From NCBI GenBank assembly GCA_043228905.1, contig JBHGNT010000012.1, positions 10,292,001 through 10,356,000 on the forward strand: DNA of 64,000 bases. The letters are read 5' to 3'. Within the stretch, counting starts at the first letter, position 1, and each line of letters begins with the position of its first letter. This DNA is from Azolla caroliniana (lineage: Eukaryota; Plantae; Polypodiophyta). Under the pieces are notes generated by a model, which searched no databases, was not told the origin of the DNA, and saw only the letters and a list, made by a program, of their open reading frames with translations. Below, piece after piece: positions 38,500-52,381 of this stretch. The position numbers and the translations under genes were made by a program.

Positions 38500-39013
38500 G
38501 GTTCCAACTGCAAAATACAATTATGAGCTCTTAATAGAAGTGTCTCGAATTAAGAGAACCTAATATTATCATTACAATTGTTAAAGACCATGTATATGAA
38601 TTGAATGAATACACCCCCCACAAATACACAAAACATGGAGATCAACAATGGCATAACCATGCGCATGTCTATATATTTAGCAAGCCCCCTAATCATAATT
38701 AGTGTTGTTCTGATTCATTTGGTTTGATCCAAGTTGCGATACAATTGAGTTATCGTCGTGGCCGTGATGTTAAAGCCTAGCTCCGAAGCAGTAGAGTAAT
38801 CTATTATGTTAGACATGCCATTCACGCAAACTATCCCCAATCTTCATATATAGTACTTAGGCAATTAGATGCATCAAAATAGTAATTTTTAACAATCAAC
38901 CGTGAAATCTTGTGGATAAAAATTATGCTGAAATAGACATTAAATATGCACTGCAAAATTTGTTCTGAATATATATAAATCTGTCCATGAAAGGGCTGGC
39001 ATTTCAATCACAA

Positions 39014-39151
39014 ACTAGTTGCAATATGTTGTATACATCCTGGAATTGAACATGACAATTGAGTGCAGTAAGTAGGAGGCATACTAGTTGCAATATGTTG
39101 TATACATCCTGGAATTGAACATGACAATTGAGTGCAGTAAGTAGGAGGCAT
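39014..39151. repeat. Perfect 69-bp tandem duplication upstream of the LPR-like gene
   Basis: ACTAGTTGCAATATG...GTAGGAGGCAT occurs twice head to tail. Confidence 0.9.
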
Positions 39152-42100
39152 ATTATTCTTAATTGTTATGTTTATGAAACTTTCACAACAATAGCTGCCG
39201 ATATTCTTCGGAAATCTTCACTACATCCGTGAAACACAACAAATGGTTAAATTTCCTCTTATAATTTTGTGTGCTGGTGCATCACCTTATATAAGTACTC
39301 CCTCACTCTTATTTAAGGGATGCTTAAGGTATTCATTAATATGTAGCAAAATGTGGAACCTTATTCCCCCACGAATGGAGAAAAGAAAGAGGATCTAAGA
39401 TACTCTGAAACAAAAAAGTTCATTGAAGAAGTATATTATTAGAACAAGGAAGTAGTTGAATTTACAATTTCTTCCTTGTCTTCAAGTTTTTAGAGAATTT
39501 AAATGGAATTAAACACTAACCTTGAAGTGAATCCCCTCCTAGGGGACTCTTGCCACCCCAATATGTTGAGCTTAAGCTTGGGCACAACTTATTCAAAGTT
39601 ATTAATGGAGGAGATGAATGGTTAGAAGAGCCTTACTCCACAACATTAGTAATTATTCACTCTTGGAGATAAAAAGGCATCCAAATGTTAATAATGAATT
39701 AAAAAGAAGAGGTAGAGAGATCATAGGGATTGAGAATCAAAGAAATACAAGGTGCTCCTTTCTGAGTTGGCAAGTAGCTTTATATACCAATGGGGGGGTG
39801 GCACACATTGTTTTTTGTGAAAGTTTATTTACTTGGCTTAGTTTGTATGTGTAGAGGTAATATTTTAACATAGTTTTCCTAACATGTATACTAAATAGAT
39901 AATGAGCAAACACTAACACGATAAATTTCTAAAAACGTACAACTTTTATGTCACGATGAGAGCTCTAGTAGTAGGTGGAAAAGAATGCTCCTGAAATAGG
40001 CTCCGTAGAAACAAGTGGATTGGTAAAAGAAGAAAAATATGCTTTGTATGTGTAATTTAAAGAACCCTTAGAAAGTTGCAACAAAGGAATTATGAGGTAA
40101 CACAAAGTATGAAGCAGTTATCTTTATACATCATATACAATACTTTGTACAAGTTAAAATTAAAATGGTTTTGTAGATGTATGTATATGTTTTCAACCGG
40201 TAAGAAACAAAAAAGTTTGATGTGATGGAATTTCACTAGATGCCCAACTTTATCACCTCATAGCTCTTTAAGTGAAAGTCGAATGCTACAAAATAGATGT
40301 GATAAAAGTAATTTGTGAGTGAAGACAGAAACACACAGAGGAAGAAGTGAATGCTAAAGTGACACTTGATGATAAATCACAAGGTGAAAGCATTGGCTTT
40401 ATATGACTTAGAATTGGATGCCCCACCTTAAGATAATGCTAATAAACTAAGAATATGTTCAATAATAGCATATTTTGGCATGAGACATGGCCATCCCAAA
40501 CGTTTTAATTTGTTAGTGGTATGCTTCTCTCACAACACGGTACATAAAAAGTAAATATCTTCTCATTTTCGTTTATGATCATATGCACCCACCCTGTTTT
40601 ACTCCTACAATTATAGCTTTAGAAATCCACGTTGAGGGGTTGAAAACAACATAATTCCTTGATAAGAATGTTATGTTGCTAATGACGAAGGCATAAGTAA
40701 AAAGAATAACTTATAGTGGCATGCACAATTCTCCGATTCGATGATGTTTCATGGTGTTCTCTCCCATTTCTAAATAGAAGAAAATGAACATCATAGACAT
40801 GCAAACATGGCTCACACAAAATCTATTTTAAACCCTTTGAATCACGAGCAATTCACACATCATAGGCATGAGCTTTAGAAAAACTAAAATGTTGTTAGGA
40901 ATTATAACTAAGCTACACATATTTATGTCTCGGATTATAGAGAATGTAAAGTTCAATTTGGACTTTTTAGTTTCAGTGGATCTATTGGTACACAATCTTT
41001 TGATTTTCCTCATTTTACAACCTTCTCTATGTATTTCTTTTTAAGTTTGACTTTGAAAGCACAATAAAATATGAAGCTCCGTAGGTATATGCTTAAAAAG
41101 AACATCTTGTTTCTTATACATATTGATATAAAGTTTTGGTTTTCCATAAAGAGTTAAAAATAATTTTACCAGGTAGGCTCAAGTCAAGTATAAGATACTC
41201 AATACGAGTACTTCGCACTTGGATATCTCATTTTATAAAGTTTAACAGAAGGATTTTTTAGGGGTCATTTCATTCACAACCACAACTATGGAAACTCCAA
41301 AGCAGAAATGGTACAGAAAATAGATTTATGAAATCAGTGCATGGATATTCAAAATAAAAAAGAAAAGCAATAGAAACTCTTACTTTTCACTAATAATCTT
41401 TGCCATCCAACACTTGGTGTCAGGAAGAGAAAAAAAACAAAAATAGGGGGGAATTTGAAAGATACACAATATTATGAGGTATTTTCTTTACACAATAGGA
41501 TTTAGTGGGGCTAATTTAAGCCATCAAATCGTTACGTAGGTATTCAACCACAAAGGTCACTCGCAAATGTTATTGGAACAAGTAGAATTGAGGAAAATCA
41601 TCATTTACGCTAGGAGTTTCAAAAATATTAACTTGCATGCGGGATTTATAACTTAAAGCCTTGTTTTATTATAAAGCAAAACCAAAACCAAGAGAAACAA
41701 AAGTTATAAAATTTTTTTTTGGGATTTTTAGTAACACCATTATATGGTGTTGAATTATGGGCAACCCTAAAAATAAACATGTGGTCATAGTCAGAAGGTG
41801 GTGTAACTTCTTTCAAATAGAATGTTATAGTGGTGAGGTCAATCAATTTAGATGAATTGCAGCCATTTATAAGGGAAAGTTTGTCAACATTATCAACTTG
41901 ACTAAAATTCAGCTTCCATTGTGTTGGCCATTGCAAAAGTTCATTACAATTTTCATTGCCTAGATTAAATGACATACATTGTTTTCTGAGACTTTATCAT
42001 CACATACCTTGTATAAATAGATTTGTTCCCTAAGAAGAATTAACAAGATCATTGTTATGGAGTTGTGATTCGCCCTACGTGTATAACCTAATGTAGTCTA

Positions 42101-43144
42101 TAAATTTCTATGATATCACAAATGAACTCTATTATTGAAAGAGTGTGTGCCACAATAAAGGTAAGGTGGTTCAATTAACGTGAAAGCTAGGAATATGTAT
42201 TTAGATGTGTTATAATGTGAAAATCGACATATCCCATACTTTTTTGGATATTGATATTGGGGTCAAGAAAGAAATTATGTTTGATTCTCAATTTTCCAAG
42301 ATTATCGATTCTTGTTTCTCATGAATGATTACATGAAAAAAAAAAAGAATTAGGGTCCTTATGAGAAAGAAATCCTTGTGGAACAAATGGATGAATGACA
42401 ACAATGGAGTCATTGATAGACACGACTCTACGGTGTCATGTAGCAACGAAAAGGACAATCCCTCTAATCATTTAGGAGTAATAATAAGTTGAAGGATGTT
42501 CACTCTTGACGAATAATTACATTTAAAAAAAATCTAACATCAATACACATCCAATAACAATAAATAATTCATGTGTGACACTTTGAATAAGTTAACATAT
42601 TTTGTGCTTTGAGATTGTCCACTTCTCAAAGCACAAAATATGTTTAAATATATGGGTGTTAGAACTTCAATATATACACTCTTTAATGGGAGAATGTTGT
42701 GGTTCAAAAGGAACTTGCATTGAGTGCTTGAAAATGTATCATTCTTGTAGTGGCATCCACAATGTTGGGTGTTTTAATCAAGAATCTATTAGAATAGGTA
42801 GCCATCTTTTTTACTTAAGAGTTAGCCACGGAAATGAGTTAAATGCATCAATATATCTTATGCAACATAGTACATGTCATAACATGGGTCACCATTAAAC
42901 TATGAACTTTAGGGTCATGCACCCCTATTAAAAATCCAACATTTCACCTTCTCGTTCAAATGGATAACATTACCATTAAAACTATACTCTATTGTTCCCC
43001 TATGGTGGGCAGATCAATATCAGGGCCTGAATGGAACTACCAAGCACCCCGATGCCCGTTTCCCCCAATGGCTTCCATCAGTGTTGTGTTGTAACTATGT
43101 ATAGATATGGTACAAATTACTAGGTTATAGGAGTTGTGGATACT

Positions 43145-44130
43145 TTTTTTTTTCCAAAATGAAGCTACTTTCCCATTAGTTAGGAAGGATTATTACATAG
43201 AGAGTCTACAAGGAGACTTATACACACATCGGGGAGTCTACCTCCGATCAAGTAAAAGAAGATCAGCCTACTTACAATGCCTTGCGGCCTAACTTAATCT
43301 AAGAAGCTACCTATATCTAAGGCGATGGCCTTCAATGTTGCCTAGTACGAGTCGGCTCTTGGGGCCTACAACGAAGAGAGGGTGGTAGGTGAGTAGGAAA
43401 CAACCAGCCTGGGGGCTGGTAATTCCACCTTGGGCCACTCTCGCCTTGCATCACCATAGGTGTGTTCCTCCATTTCTGCCAAAAGCGCAACCGGGCAGAG
43501 ATCACGTCGTTGGAGTGGCTGCAAATCTCTTCCAGTTGCCCTCGTAGGCAACTGATAATCGCGAACCATATGTCCATGATCACTTCCTCCGGGGGCCGTA
43601 CCGTACCTTGGAAAACCTTGAGGCAACGTGCTTTCCATATGTACCACAAGGTGAAACTTGCAATCAGCATCCAGATTTCTGGAAACCTAGGGGATGCGGG
43701 CTGCAAGCCTCTTTCGAAACGGATCTTGACGATTTTGCCTCTCGTGCATACATAGCACCAACTATCCGCATTGACGGTGTCTGTCCACCCTTCGACCGAG
43801 TGACCAATCCATGCCGCAGCGCTCCACGAGGCTGTTCCTTCAACTTCACATGCCACAAGGAGGCGAGTCACTCTATCCCAGATCTTTTGAGCTTGAGGGC
43901 AATCCCACAGACAATGTCTCAGAGTCTCAATAGGTCGAGAGCACAGTGGGCAACCTAACGGGCCGCCGCATTTACCTAGCCATTCACCAACGGGCACCAC
44001 ATTGTGACCGATCTGCCACCAAAAGAGCTTGATCTTTTCAGGCATGTGGAGGCGCCAGAGACCTTTCCAAAAGGTAATGAGCGCCTCATCGGGGATGCCC
44101 AATGTTCGCCATTGTTGTAAATGAGGTGGG
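43145..44130 (-). mobile_element. 5'-truncated LINE with zf-RVT domain and poly(A) tail
   Basis: FWKGLW...PEKIKLFWW...CPLC...ETLRHCLWDC...LWYIWKARC; poly(T) run on + at 43145-43153. Confidence 0.85.
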
Positions 44131-44339
44131 GACTATGTCCACTTTGGTGAGAAGGCCAGAGTGAGGGTTGCTGAATTTCTGGTGGTCTATGATGTAATTG
44201 TTTGCTAAGTAATGCGAAGTAGTGTTTTTTTTTGGGGATAAAAAAAAACTATACTTTATTGTTTTGTTTTTAATCCTAAGTTTTAATTCTAACCCTCTCT
44301 CTTCCTAGATTCTTGACCTATTAAATACTTGGCATTTCA

Positions 44340-44590
44340 CCAAATTTCTAACTTTTGACCCATCAATCATGACATCGTATCCCCAAAACTTGCTTGGAAT
44401 TCCTTGATAAGACCCTCAAAATCATCTAACTTGGAAGAAGTCTTTTCTAATAATGGTGCAAACCATGCGAGTTTTGCCTACAAACCCAACTCGAGTGGCA
44501 TCTGTTGGATATCTTGTTGGATGCATCTAGATGACAATGTGGCACCTAATTTACAAATCCTCGAAATTAAGGTCGAGTTACTTCTTGTTG
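44340..44590 (-). pseudogene. Very degenerate Tcn1-like gag fragment
   Basis: Minus translation MHPTRYPTDATRVG resembles MHPSRYPTYASRVG of the gag at 60639. Confidence 0.55.
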
Positions 44591-45859
44591 GAAAATGTGT
44601 TTAAAAAGCTTATCATGTTGTTGTGCCTTCTCCATACTCACACTAAGTAGGTATGAATCCCCAAGATGTCTCTAGTTTCTTGATCTAAACTCAATTGCAA
44701 AGATAAAGCTTGGAAAACTCTGAAAAGAAAATGTTATTCCAGTTGAAACTACCAAGATTGTCACTGAGAAAAGCTCAAAATGAATTAAGAGTATACGAAA
44801 AAAGAAGAAGAGGAATAAGAAGAACAAGATTAGAAGAATATGTGATGTAATTATATTAACAAGAAGAACAATACTAGAAGAATATGTTTGGACTAGTCAT
44901 GAACCTAGATCTAGATAATGATCTCATGTTTGATCTAACATGACAGCCAACTTTAGATATATGAGTTAAGTTCAATTTATACCAAACAAAATCTAGGTTT
45001 GAACAACTATTCTAGGTTCAATTTGCACTCTACTTAGGTTTGAATAAATAGATGGAACCTAATTCTAATTTACAGCTAACATCTATGTCCAATTTAGAAC
45101 CCTAGGTCTCAATTGGCTAAACACTTGGGAAACCTAGTCCCAGTAACAAAACCACCTGGGTTCAGTTAGAAGGAGTTTCGATCTAACTTAGTTCAATTTA
45201 TGAACCATAGCTCTTTCAATGAGAGGCTATGAGCAAGATTGTACATATTAAACATGCTCGATCACTAGATGTCATTCAAATGGAAACTTCTCTCTAGAGT
45301 GGTTTCATGTTTGTTGTCAAAGGCTTGAACATCCAAGGAGGGCCTTATAAGCTCCATTGAGTTTGGTGTCAACTGCATTGATGGTGGGCAAGTGGTTTGT
45401 CCATAAGTCATCATGAGATGAAAGGACTAAAATATGTGCATTCATGACAAGGTTCCCCAAATTAAGATAGATATGCATTCAAATAAAGGACTTTAAAGGG
45501 TGGGGCATATGGATATGTAAATCTTCTCAAACAATGGGCTATAAATTCTAAAGTACCAACATAACTAAGAACATTCTACTTATAAAGACTTTCTTGTTGA
45601 TTAATATGCTTCTAAAGACTTTCTTGTAGTTCTACTTTTAAATATAGATGGTTTTTGGGAAAAGTGTTCTACACCACCTAAGGAGCTCACCAGTCCAAAG
45701 AGAAAGAAAGTCTAACGAGGTATTGGTTGTGATGGATTCTTCAATATTGTACCTCCCCCCTACCAGATGAATGACAAGAAGAACCAAATTTCACATTTAT
45801 TGACATGTATATTGACCCAATATTATGCCACACTCAAACATTACAAGGTGGTGAATCAC

Positions 45860-46602
45860 AACCATAATTAAGAAATTATAAAAACTTATACTTAACCAAC
45901 ACATAATTAAGTACGGACTTGCGAAGTCCACCAGTTAGATGTGGTTGCTAAAACTAGAAAGAAATGGATCCTTGATCCTTATCGTTCAATTGCTCATATG
46001 TGTGATATCCTATGGTTATACGCAAAAGTTCCTGTTGCAAGATTAACATAGGATCCGGGGGGTTGTCTTTGGTCACAATCCTTGGGGGAAAAGATTGTAA
46101 ATGTCCCCTTCTTTCAGTACTCAATAAAACTTGGAAGATCATTACTACTCTCTCGGAATGTAACGATACCAGCATCTCAGAAACATTGGACCAACTGGGG
46201 TATCTCAACTTTGCATTTGAGAACTTGTGGGAAATGGATCTGGTCATTCAAGGGGCCAACTAAATTTATTCTCTTTCGATGGCTATTAGTGCACATGGCA
46301 CTACTTGTTGGTCATTCATTGAAAGCGAATGTAGCACCCAATTTGTGGCAATGTGGTTTTTGCCATGAACATCAGGAGACTACCAAGTATGTCCTATGGT
46401 ATTGTCCCTTTGCTCAACAAGTATGGAAGAAAGGCATGTCTTTGTTCCTAACAATCAATCTAGGTTGCCTATTCTCATGGGATTGGAGATGTGGGGAGTA
46501 TTACATTCTAACTTGATGTTGTATGAGGCAAACAATGTTCATGAGGCAAACACAAAAGCAGGTGCAATCTGTCTAGATTTGGAAAATAGTAACCATAGTA
46601 AC
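45860..46602 (+). mobile_element. LINE ORF2 zf-RVT fragment, left half (split by element E)
   Basis: KWIWSFKGPTKFILFRWL...CGFC...ETTKYVLWYCP...MWGVLH. Confidence 0.75.
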
Positions 46603-47114
46603 TGTCACTCCTTGGGGCCGGACTAGCCCTAGCACAAGGTGTCCCTCTAGATCACTTCACCAAAGGGTGGTGCAAGTGGGGTAGGCACAGACCGTAATGC
46701 AAATGTATTCCTAACCGGATGTTAACTGGTCTGGTTATTGATCATAATACACGCGTAAGATAGGTTATATTAAGCACAAAACGGTAATTAACTAAGAGCT
46801 TTAAAGATTAAGAAGATGTAGCAGAACATCACTTTCATTAATAAACCACTAATTGATAACAATCTAGCCGGGTCCTTTTATAGGTGACCAACTTTGGGTG
46901 TCAATCGGTGCCAACCAGCATCCGGCTGCGAATCGGTCTGGATCCGGATCGGCATACCGATTCCAGGTTCGTCTGTTCGCTTCTCAAAATAATAATAATT
47001 ATAGATTAATTATCCCTTTCCCATTCTAGACTTAATCTGGCTTTTGAGTCTTTGCCGGCCAACACATGGCACGCCTGTGGGACAGTACCTTGTATGTCGA
47101 ATCCCACAGTTCGC

Positions 47115-49870
47115 CCTTCAGTCTTCCTCCAGAATGTCCATAATGCTATGGTCTAAGGGTTCTAAAGGCTCATTGGGTAGTTGCTCCATCATCTGCTGTT
47201 TTTGTTGCTCCTGCTCCTACTGCTACTGTTATTGCTGCTTCTTCTTCTACTTCTACTCCTGCTCCTCTGGCATCTCCGGTTCCACTTGTCTCTCTGGTTC
47301 TGTTGGTATCTCATGTTCCGCTGGTCTCTCTGGTTCCGCTGGTCTCGCCAGTTCCACCGGTCCCGAGGTTTCCGGTTCTGGTTCTATCGGTTTGGGCTCC
47401 TCCTGCTGATGGTTTTCCATGTGCAGGCTTCCATTTTCGGCTGCTCCTCCGAAGTTATGTTCGGCTAGCTTCCCCCAATTTCGGCTTCATTTAGCGCCTG
47501 CTCCGAAGACTGCTCCTCATCACTGATGTTGATCGTCGTAGTTCTTCTGACCACTTCTTGCCATTGTTGTTCTCGTTCATACCGCTCGAGCTGGAGTTGG
47601 GTATCCAGCTGGTCGTCGTCCAGCTATTCCACCAATCGCCTCACTGCTGTCAATTGGTCCCCAACTAACGATAGGAAGTCGTCCGAAAATTCCTCCCTAA
47701 TAGCTACAATGTTTTCCTCGTCCAGTTTATAGAAATCGTCGTCATCCTTCCGCCGGTTCTCCGCATCCACTCTTAGCAATTGTAACTCCACTGCTTGCTT
47801 AGCCCATTGAGATCACCATTGAACCGAACTTTCTTCCACCAGTCACTTCGTCCGGTCTCTCCATGTCCGCACTAGATCACGGATTCGCCCCAACCCCATC
47901 TTCGACTTGTTCTCCACGACCTGTTTTTCGTCCTTCAATTGTTTGATCAGGTTCGCGGTTGCCACTTCTTGGCTTCTATAATGCATGAGTTGGGTCTGAT
48001 AGGTCGTCTGAACTTTGTTCAAAGCCATTGTAGTGCGCTCCGTTGCCTCCGAGTGCTGCCGGGTCAACTCTACCCGTTCTTTCGCCGCTTCCGCCAGTCG
48101 TTTCGCTGCTTCAACCGCCTTCGACTGCTCAGTGATCAATTTCTTGTGTTCCGCATCCAAGTCTTTGAGATCCCAGTGCAATCACTCAAAGTCGTCTGTT
48201 TTTTGTTTCAGCCATTGGTAGATCAGACATTGAGCATGGTCTTCTCTGTCCTTTTGTTGCCGGAGGTCTTCCTTGAGTCGCTCGATCTCTACTTTCGTCG
48301 AGTGCCGGAGTTTGTCCTTTTCTTGCAGGAGTTTTTCTTTTTCTTCCTTCAGCCGGTCATATGCTTGATGACCTTCACGCAGGCTTTTTTCGACTCGCCG
48401 GAGACTTTCGGCTAATTTCCTTTGCTATTCCTCAGCTACCTTCTTCCCTTCACGTTCTCGCACCCTTAAGGCCTCTTGGGCTTCCAATTCTTCTTTCAGC
48501 GTGGTGAGTTCTTGTTCCTGTGCCTTATTCTTATCCGGGACTGTTTCAATCACCGAGGTCTTATTATTCTGTAACTCATCGGTGCCTCCAGTTCTAATTG
48601 TTGTGGTCCTTCGATGATAAGCTTCCGCCGCCTCTTCTCTGGTCCTTTCCACTTCTTGTTCCATGCTCCGGATTCTTGACTGGGCCTTCTCTAGCTCTTC
48701 GGTTGTGGCGAGCAACCGGTCCAAATGTACTCTCTCTTTCGCTTTTATGTGGCACACCACCCCGATCACTTGTTCTCCTATCCAGCATAACCATTGGCTG
48801 CCAGTGCCTTGTTGTCGGGCCGGTTTTGGTCGTGGGGTGGCTTCTGCACTCGTTGCGAACCTCTTCTGCGTGGTTAGCGGCAAATCCGGTTCTTGTTGTT
48901 GCTGTTGCATCGACGACACTGGCAATTCGATCACTGGTCTTTGAACATCCGGTTCCGCTATTTCTTATCGCACAGGTGCTACTAACACTGGCTCTGATTG
49001 ACCCGGTTCTGACTCCTCCCTTGGTTGCGGCTCCTCGGGGCGGGGCTTTGGTAAACTGTCCTTTACCGGACTTGCTTCCTCCCCATCTGTGCCCCTCGTC
49101 ACGTGTCTGTTTGCGACGTACTAGGGGCTCGACAGGTTCTTCTTCCTGCTCCTTTGCTAGGGTGCCACTATTGATTAGCGCCGTCAAGGGGTCATGCTCC
49201 TGTGGTTGTTTCGATGGTTGTTCGGGCCAACGCAACTTAATTTTTACGGGTCTCACCGGTGTCTCCTTCTTTGCCATATGCTTCCGGCTAGGCCGCTTTC
49301 CATCCGATCACTTGTTTAGCCAGTAGTTGCTGCCTTTTTGACGAGGTGTTGGGGGTTGATTAAGTCGGTCGGCCTCGCTTCTTCGGCTGCATCGGCTCTA
49401 CCGACGGTACTAAAAGAGTGAGCCATTGCGCCACCGCCATCCACATCTTCTTGTCATCCTTTACTGAGGCTATGACCGCGCTTAGACTGTCAGCGATGAT
49501 GACTGGCCAATCCACCTGGACCCCCTCATAAGTTGCTATCATAAAACTAGTTCTGTTCTTTGGCATAGCCGGGGGTCAAGGGTGTACATGGCCATACTCA
49601 TGAAGCACACGAGCAACCTCTTAGAATAGAATGTCCTCGCCACCTTCCGTGCAGTACGCCTTGCTGGCCAGGGAGTACTCACCGAAGAACTTCGTGAGCA
49701 TCTCCGGTGACGGGTTGTCGATCGAGAATAATCCGCCCTCTGGTAGGCTGGTCATGCCGCGGATGACCTCTTTTGTGATGACCTCCGTATCGATCTCTTG
49801 CACAACTCTCTCCGCCTCATTGTGCGGAGGTGCCTCAATGATTCTTAGGAACCCTTCCAAGCCGTATTGT
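47115..49870 (-). pseudogene. Element E accessory 3' ORF (large, coiled-coil rich, unknown function), disrupted
   Basis: Consecutive minus-strand fragments LEGFLRII..., SFMIATYEGVQVDWPVIIADSL, E/K-rich segments and PEPVELARPAEPE repeats, ending DILEED*; no RT or integrase motifs. Confidence 0.6.
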
Positions 49871-49879
49871 GTCGGTGAG

Positions 49880-51862
49880 CTCCACCGGTGCCTCCATTTG
49901 TTGTTTGACTTCGGCTGCATTCCTCTTGTTCGCCTTTTCCACCCATTCAGTGGCCCGTTTCCGGATAGCCTCTTGCGCTTCCCACTCCGTCGTCTTTCCT
50001 TTTGACCTGGTGGTGACTTGTTGTATATCCATGACTTTTGCTACCACCATATTGACCGCCGGTCGTTTTTCATTACTTTTCACCAGGCATTGGTTGCTGT
50101 AATGGCCTTCATGCCGGCAATAATAACAATACGCTTTCCGGGTATTGTTGGATTTTGCTTGTGGCCCAGTACTTGGTTGAAATCTTGTCGCCGGTCCATT
50201 AGGCTCTTCCCTTCGTCTTTGTTTTGGCTGGGTGCCACTCAAACCTCTCTCCGGCTCTTGGGGGTATTCCTTCGCCGGTTCCTGATGCTCCTCCTTTCAG
50301 TTGTTTCGTTTCTTATTGAAGTGTCGGTGGTTCTTGTATCCCTGTCGGCGGCGATCTTCGTAATCCCCGCGCTGATCTTCTCTCCTCTGATTGTAACTTG
50401 GAGAGTGATCGCGATCAGAACGATCACCATTATAATCCTGGTACTTGTCGTACCGGTCCCGGTCATAAGTGTCCCTTCTGTCGGTGTATCAGACATCCTG
50501 TACTGGTCGGTAATGCTCGTCTCGATGCCAACGTTCCTCTTCCTCTCGCCGGTCGCTGCGGGTATCGATTTGTCTTACCTATGCCGCTTGCCGGTTCAAT
50601 AAATTATATTCGCATCGGTCCATTGTGTGCGACCTGGAGTGGCATAACATGCATTGGGACCGCATGGTACATTCTATTGCAGAGTGCCTGACATTGAGAC
50701 AAGTCGTACATTGTATGGCTTGCCGAAAACGTAGGTCTTCGTCTGTCGGTAAGGCACGTTGGAGTGCCCCCATTGTTAGCCATGAGCTTGTTTTCTCCAT
50801 CTCCCTGACCTGGTCAATCGTGCTAGTGTGGAAATCAATGATTGCGCACACCGTACGTAGGGGTTCCCTGAGTGCTGCTAGGAATATTGCTTTAGCCTCT
50901 ACTTCCGATGGTGCTTGATTTAGCTGGCTGTGCATTCGCTGGAACCGGATTACGAATTGTTGAATGGTTTCCGTAGGTTCCTGTCGTATGGTGCAGAATA
51001 AGCCAACCATCTCCCGTTGATCCACCTCCTTATTGAAGAATTGTAAAAATCTGGTTTTCAAGTCTTCAAACGTAGTAATGGTGCCGGGAAGGTGCGTCAA
51101 GCACCATCGCGCGGCTGGTCCTTCCAAAGTCATCCTGAATTCTCAAATCTTCGAGCGTTCTGCTTCGGGTGCGGTTAAGCGTTGCGTCACATGGTTTGCT
51201 TCCCATGTTTGTAAAAATGCATACACATGGGCTTCCGCGTCCGGATCATCCCGGTACTTGGGATATTGGAACGACATGTCGTCGTCCGGTGTCGGAACCC
51301 GACCTAGTGGTGACGAAGGTCTCTCCTCCTCTTCTGTTGGAAGCGGTGTCAGAGGTCTTTCCTCCCCTTCTTTCGGTGTCGAAGGTCTTCCCTCGTCCTC
51401 CGTCAGAGGCTCGTGTGGCGGTGTTGGAGGTTGATCCGCCTCATGCCTTCCTGAAGCTTCCAGTTCTGTTATCGCCGGTTCTGGTGTCGGTATATTATCC
51501 AATTCCTCGTTCTCTGGTCCATCCAGGATGTCGTGACTGCTGCAGTAATTCGAGTGTGCGTTGTATTCGTTGTCTGAATCCAATTCAAACACCTAAAATT
51601 GCTCCGAATCGCCTTCTCCCGCTGCTAATGCCTGCAGGATTAATTCTGCTTCTCTGAAACTACTTAAACTGCTTCCTCTGTCTGGATGGGAATTTTGCTG
51701 CACACGGAGTGACTCCGCGACCACTCGCTAGATCACCTTTGAAAAGGATCGATCCGCGCGGATTTCTTCCGCCACCAGGTGGTACGCTTCACGCTTCCGC
51801 AGTTGTTCGGTGAGTCGTCACGCTCGCTCCTTTGCTGGGTCATTTGGTGGTCTAGTCATCCA
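49880..51862 (-). pseudogene. Element E gag
   Basis: KYRDDPDAEAHVYAFLQTWEANH, CYYCRHEGHYSNQC, QQVTTRSKG; collinear with element B gag; several frameshifts. Confidence 0.88.
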
Positions 51863-52381
51863 TGCCCCCCGTTGTTCACTGCGCTTTAGCAGGAATCGTG
51901 GTCGCCAAAAACTGTGTTACTCCTTGGGGCCGGACTAGCCCTAACACAGGGTGTCCCTTTAGGACACTTCACCAAAGGGTGGTGCAAGTGGGGTAGGCAC
52001 AAACCGTACTGCAAACGTATTACTAACCGGATGTTAACCGATTTGGTTATTGATCATAATACACGTGTAAGATAGGTTATATTAAGCACAGAATGGTAAT
52101 TAACTAAGAGCTTTAAAGATTAACAAGATGTAGCAGAACAACACTTTCATTAATAAACCGCTAATTGATTACAATCTAGTCGGGTCCTTTTATAGGTCAC
52201 CGGCTCTGGGTGCCAATCGGTGCCAACCAGCATCCGGCTACGAATCGGTCCGGATCTGGATCGGCATACCGATTCCGGGTCCATCTGTTCGCTTCTCAAA
52301 ATAATAATAATTATAGATTAATTATCCATTTCCCATTCTGAACTTAATCCGGCTTTTGAGTCTTTGCCAGCCAACGGTAAC

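Larger units (their letters stand above)
46603..52376 (-). mobile_element. Non-autonomous gypsy element E (relative of B): gag plus accessory ORF, no pol
   Basis: 462-bp LTRs 46603-47064 and 51915-52376 (roughly 8% diverged by eye); TSD GTAAC (46598-46602 / 52377-52381); PBS TGGCGACCACG 51907-51897; TATAAAAG on the minus strand of the LTRs. Confidence 0.93.

Noticed and set aside
39200-43100. Short ORFs, and P1BS sites upstream of the LPR-like gene
   Set aside because: AT-rich intergenic DNA with no motifs I recognise; I did not spot a convincing GNATATNC near the gene, though the scan was not exhaustive.
47044-47494. Poly-Leu and Cys-rich + strand ORFs
   Set aside because: Antisense of the low-complexity tail of element E's accessory ORF.
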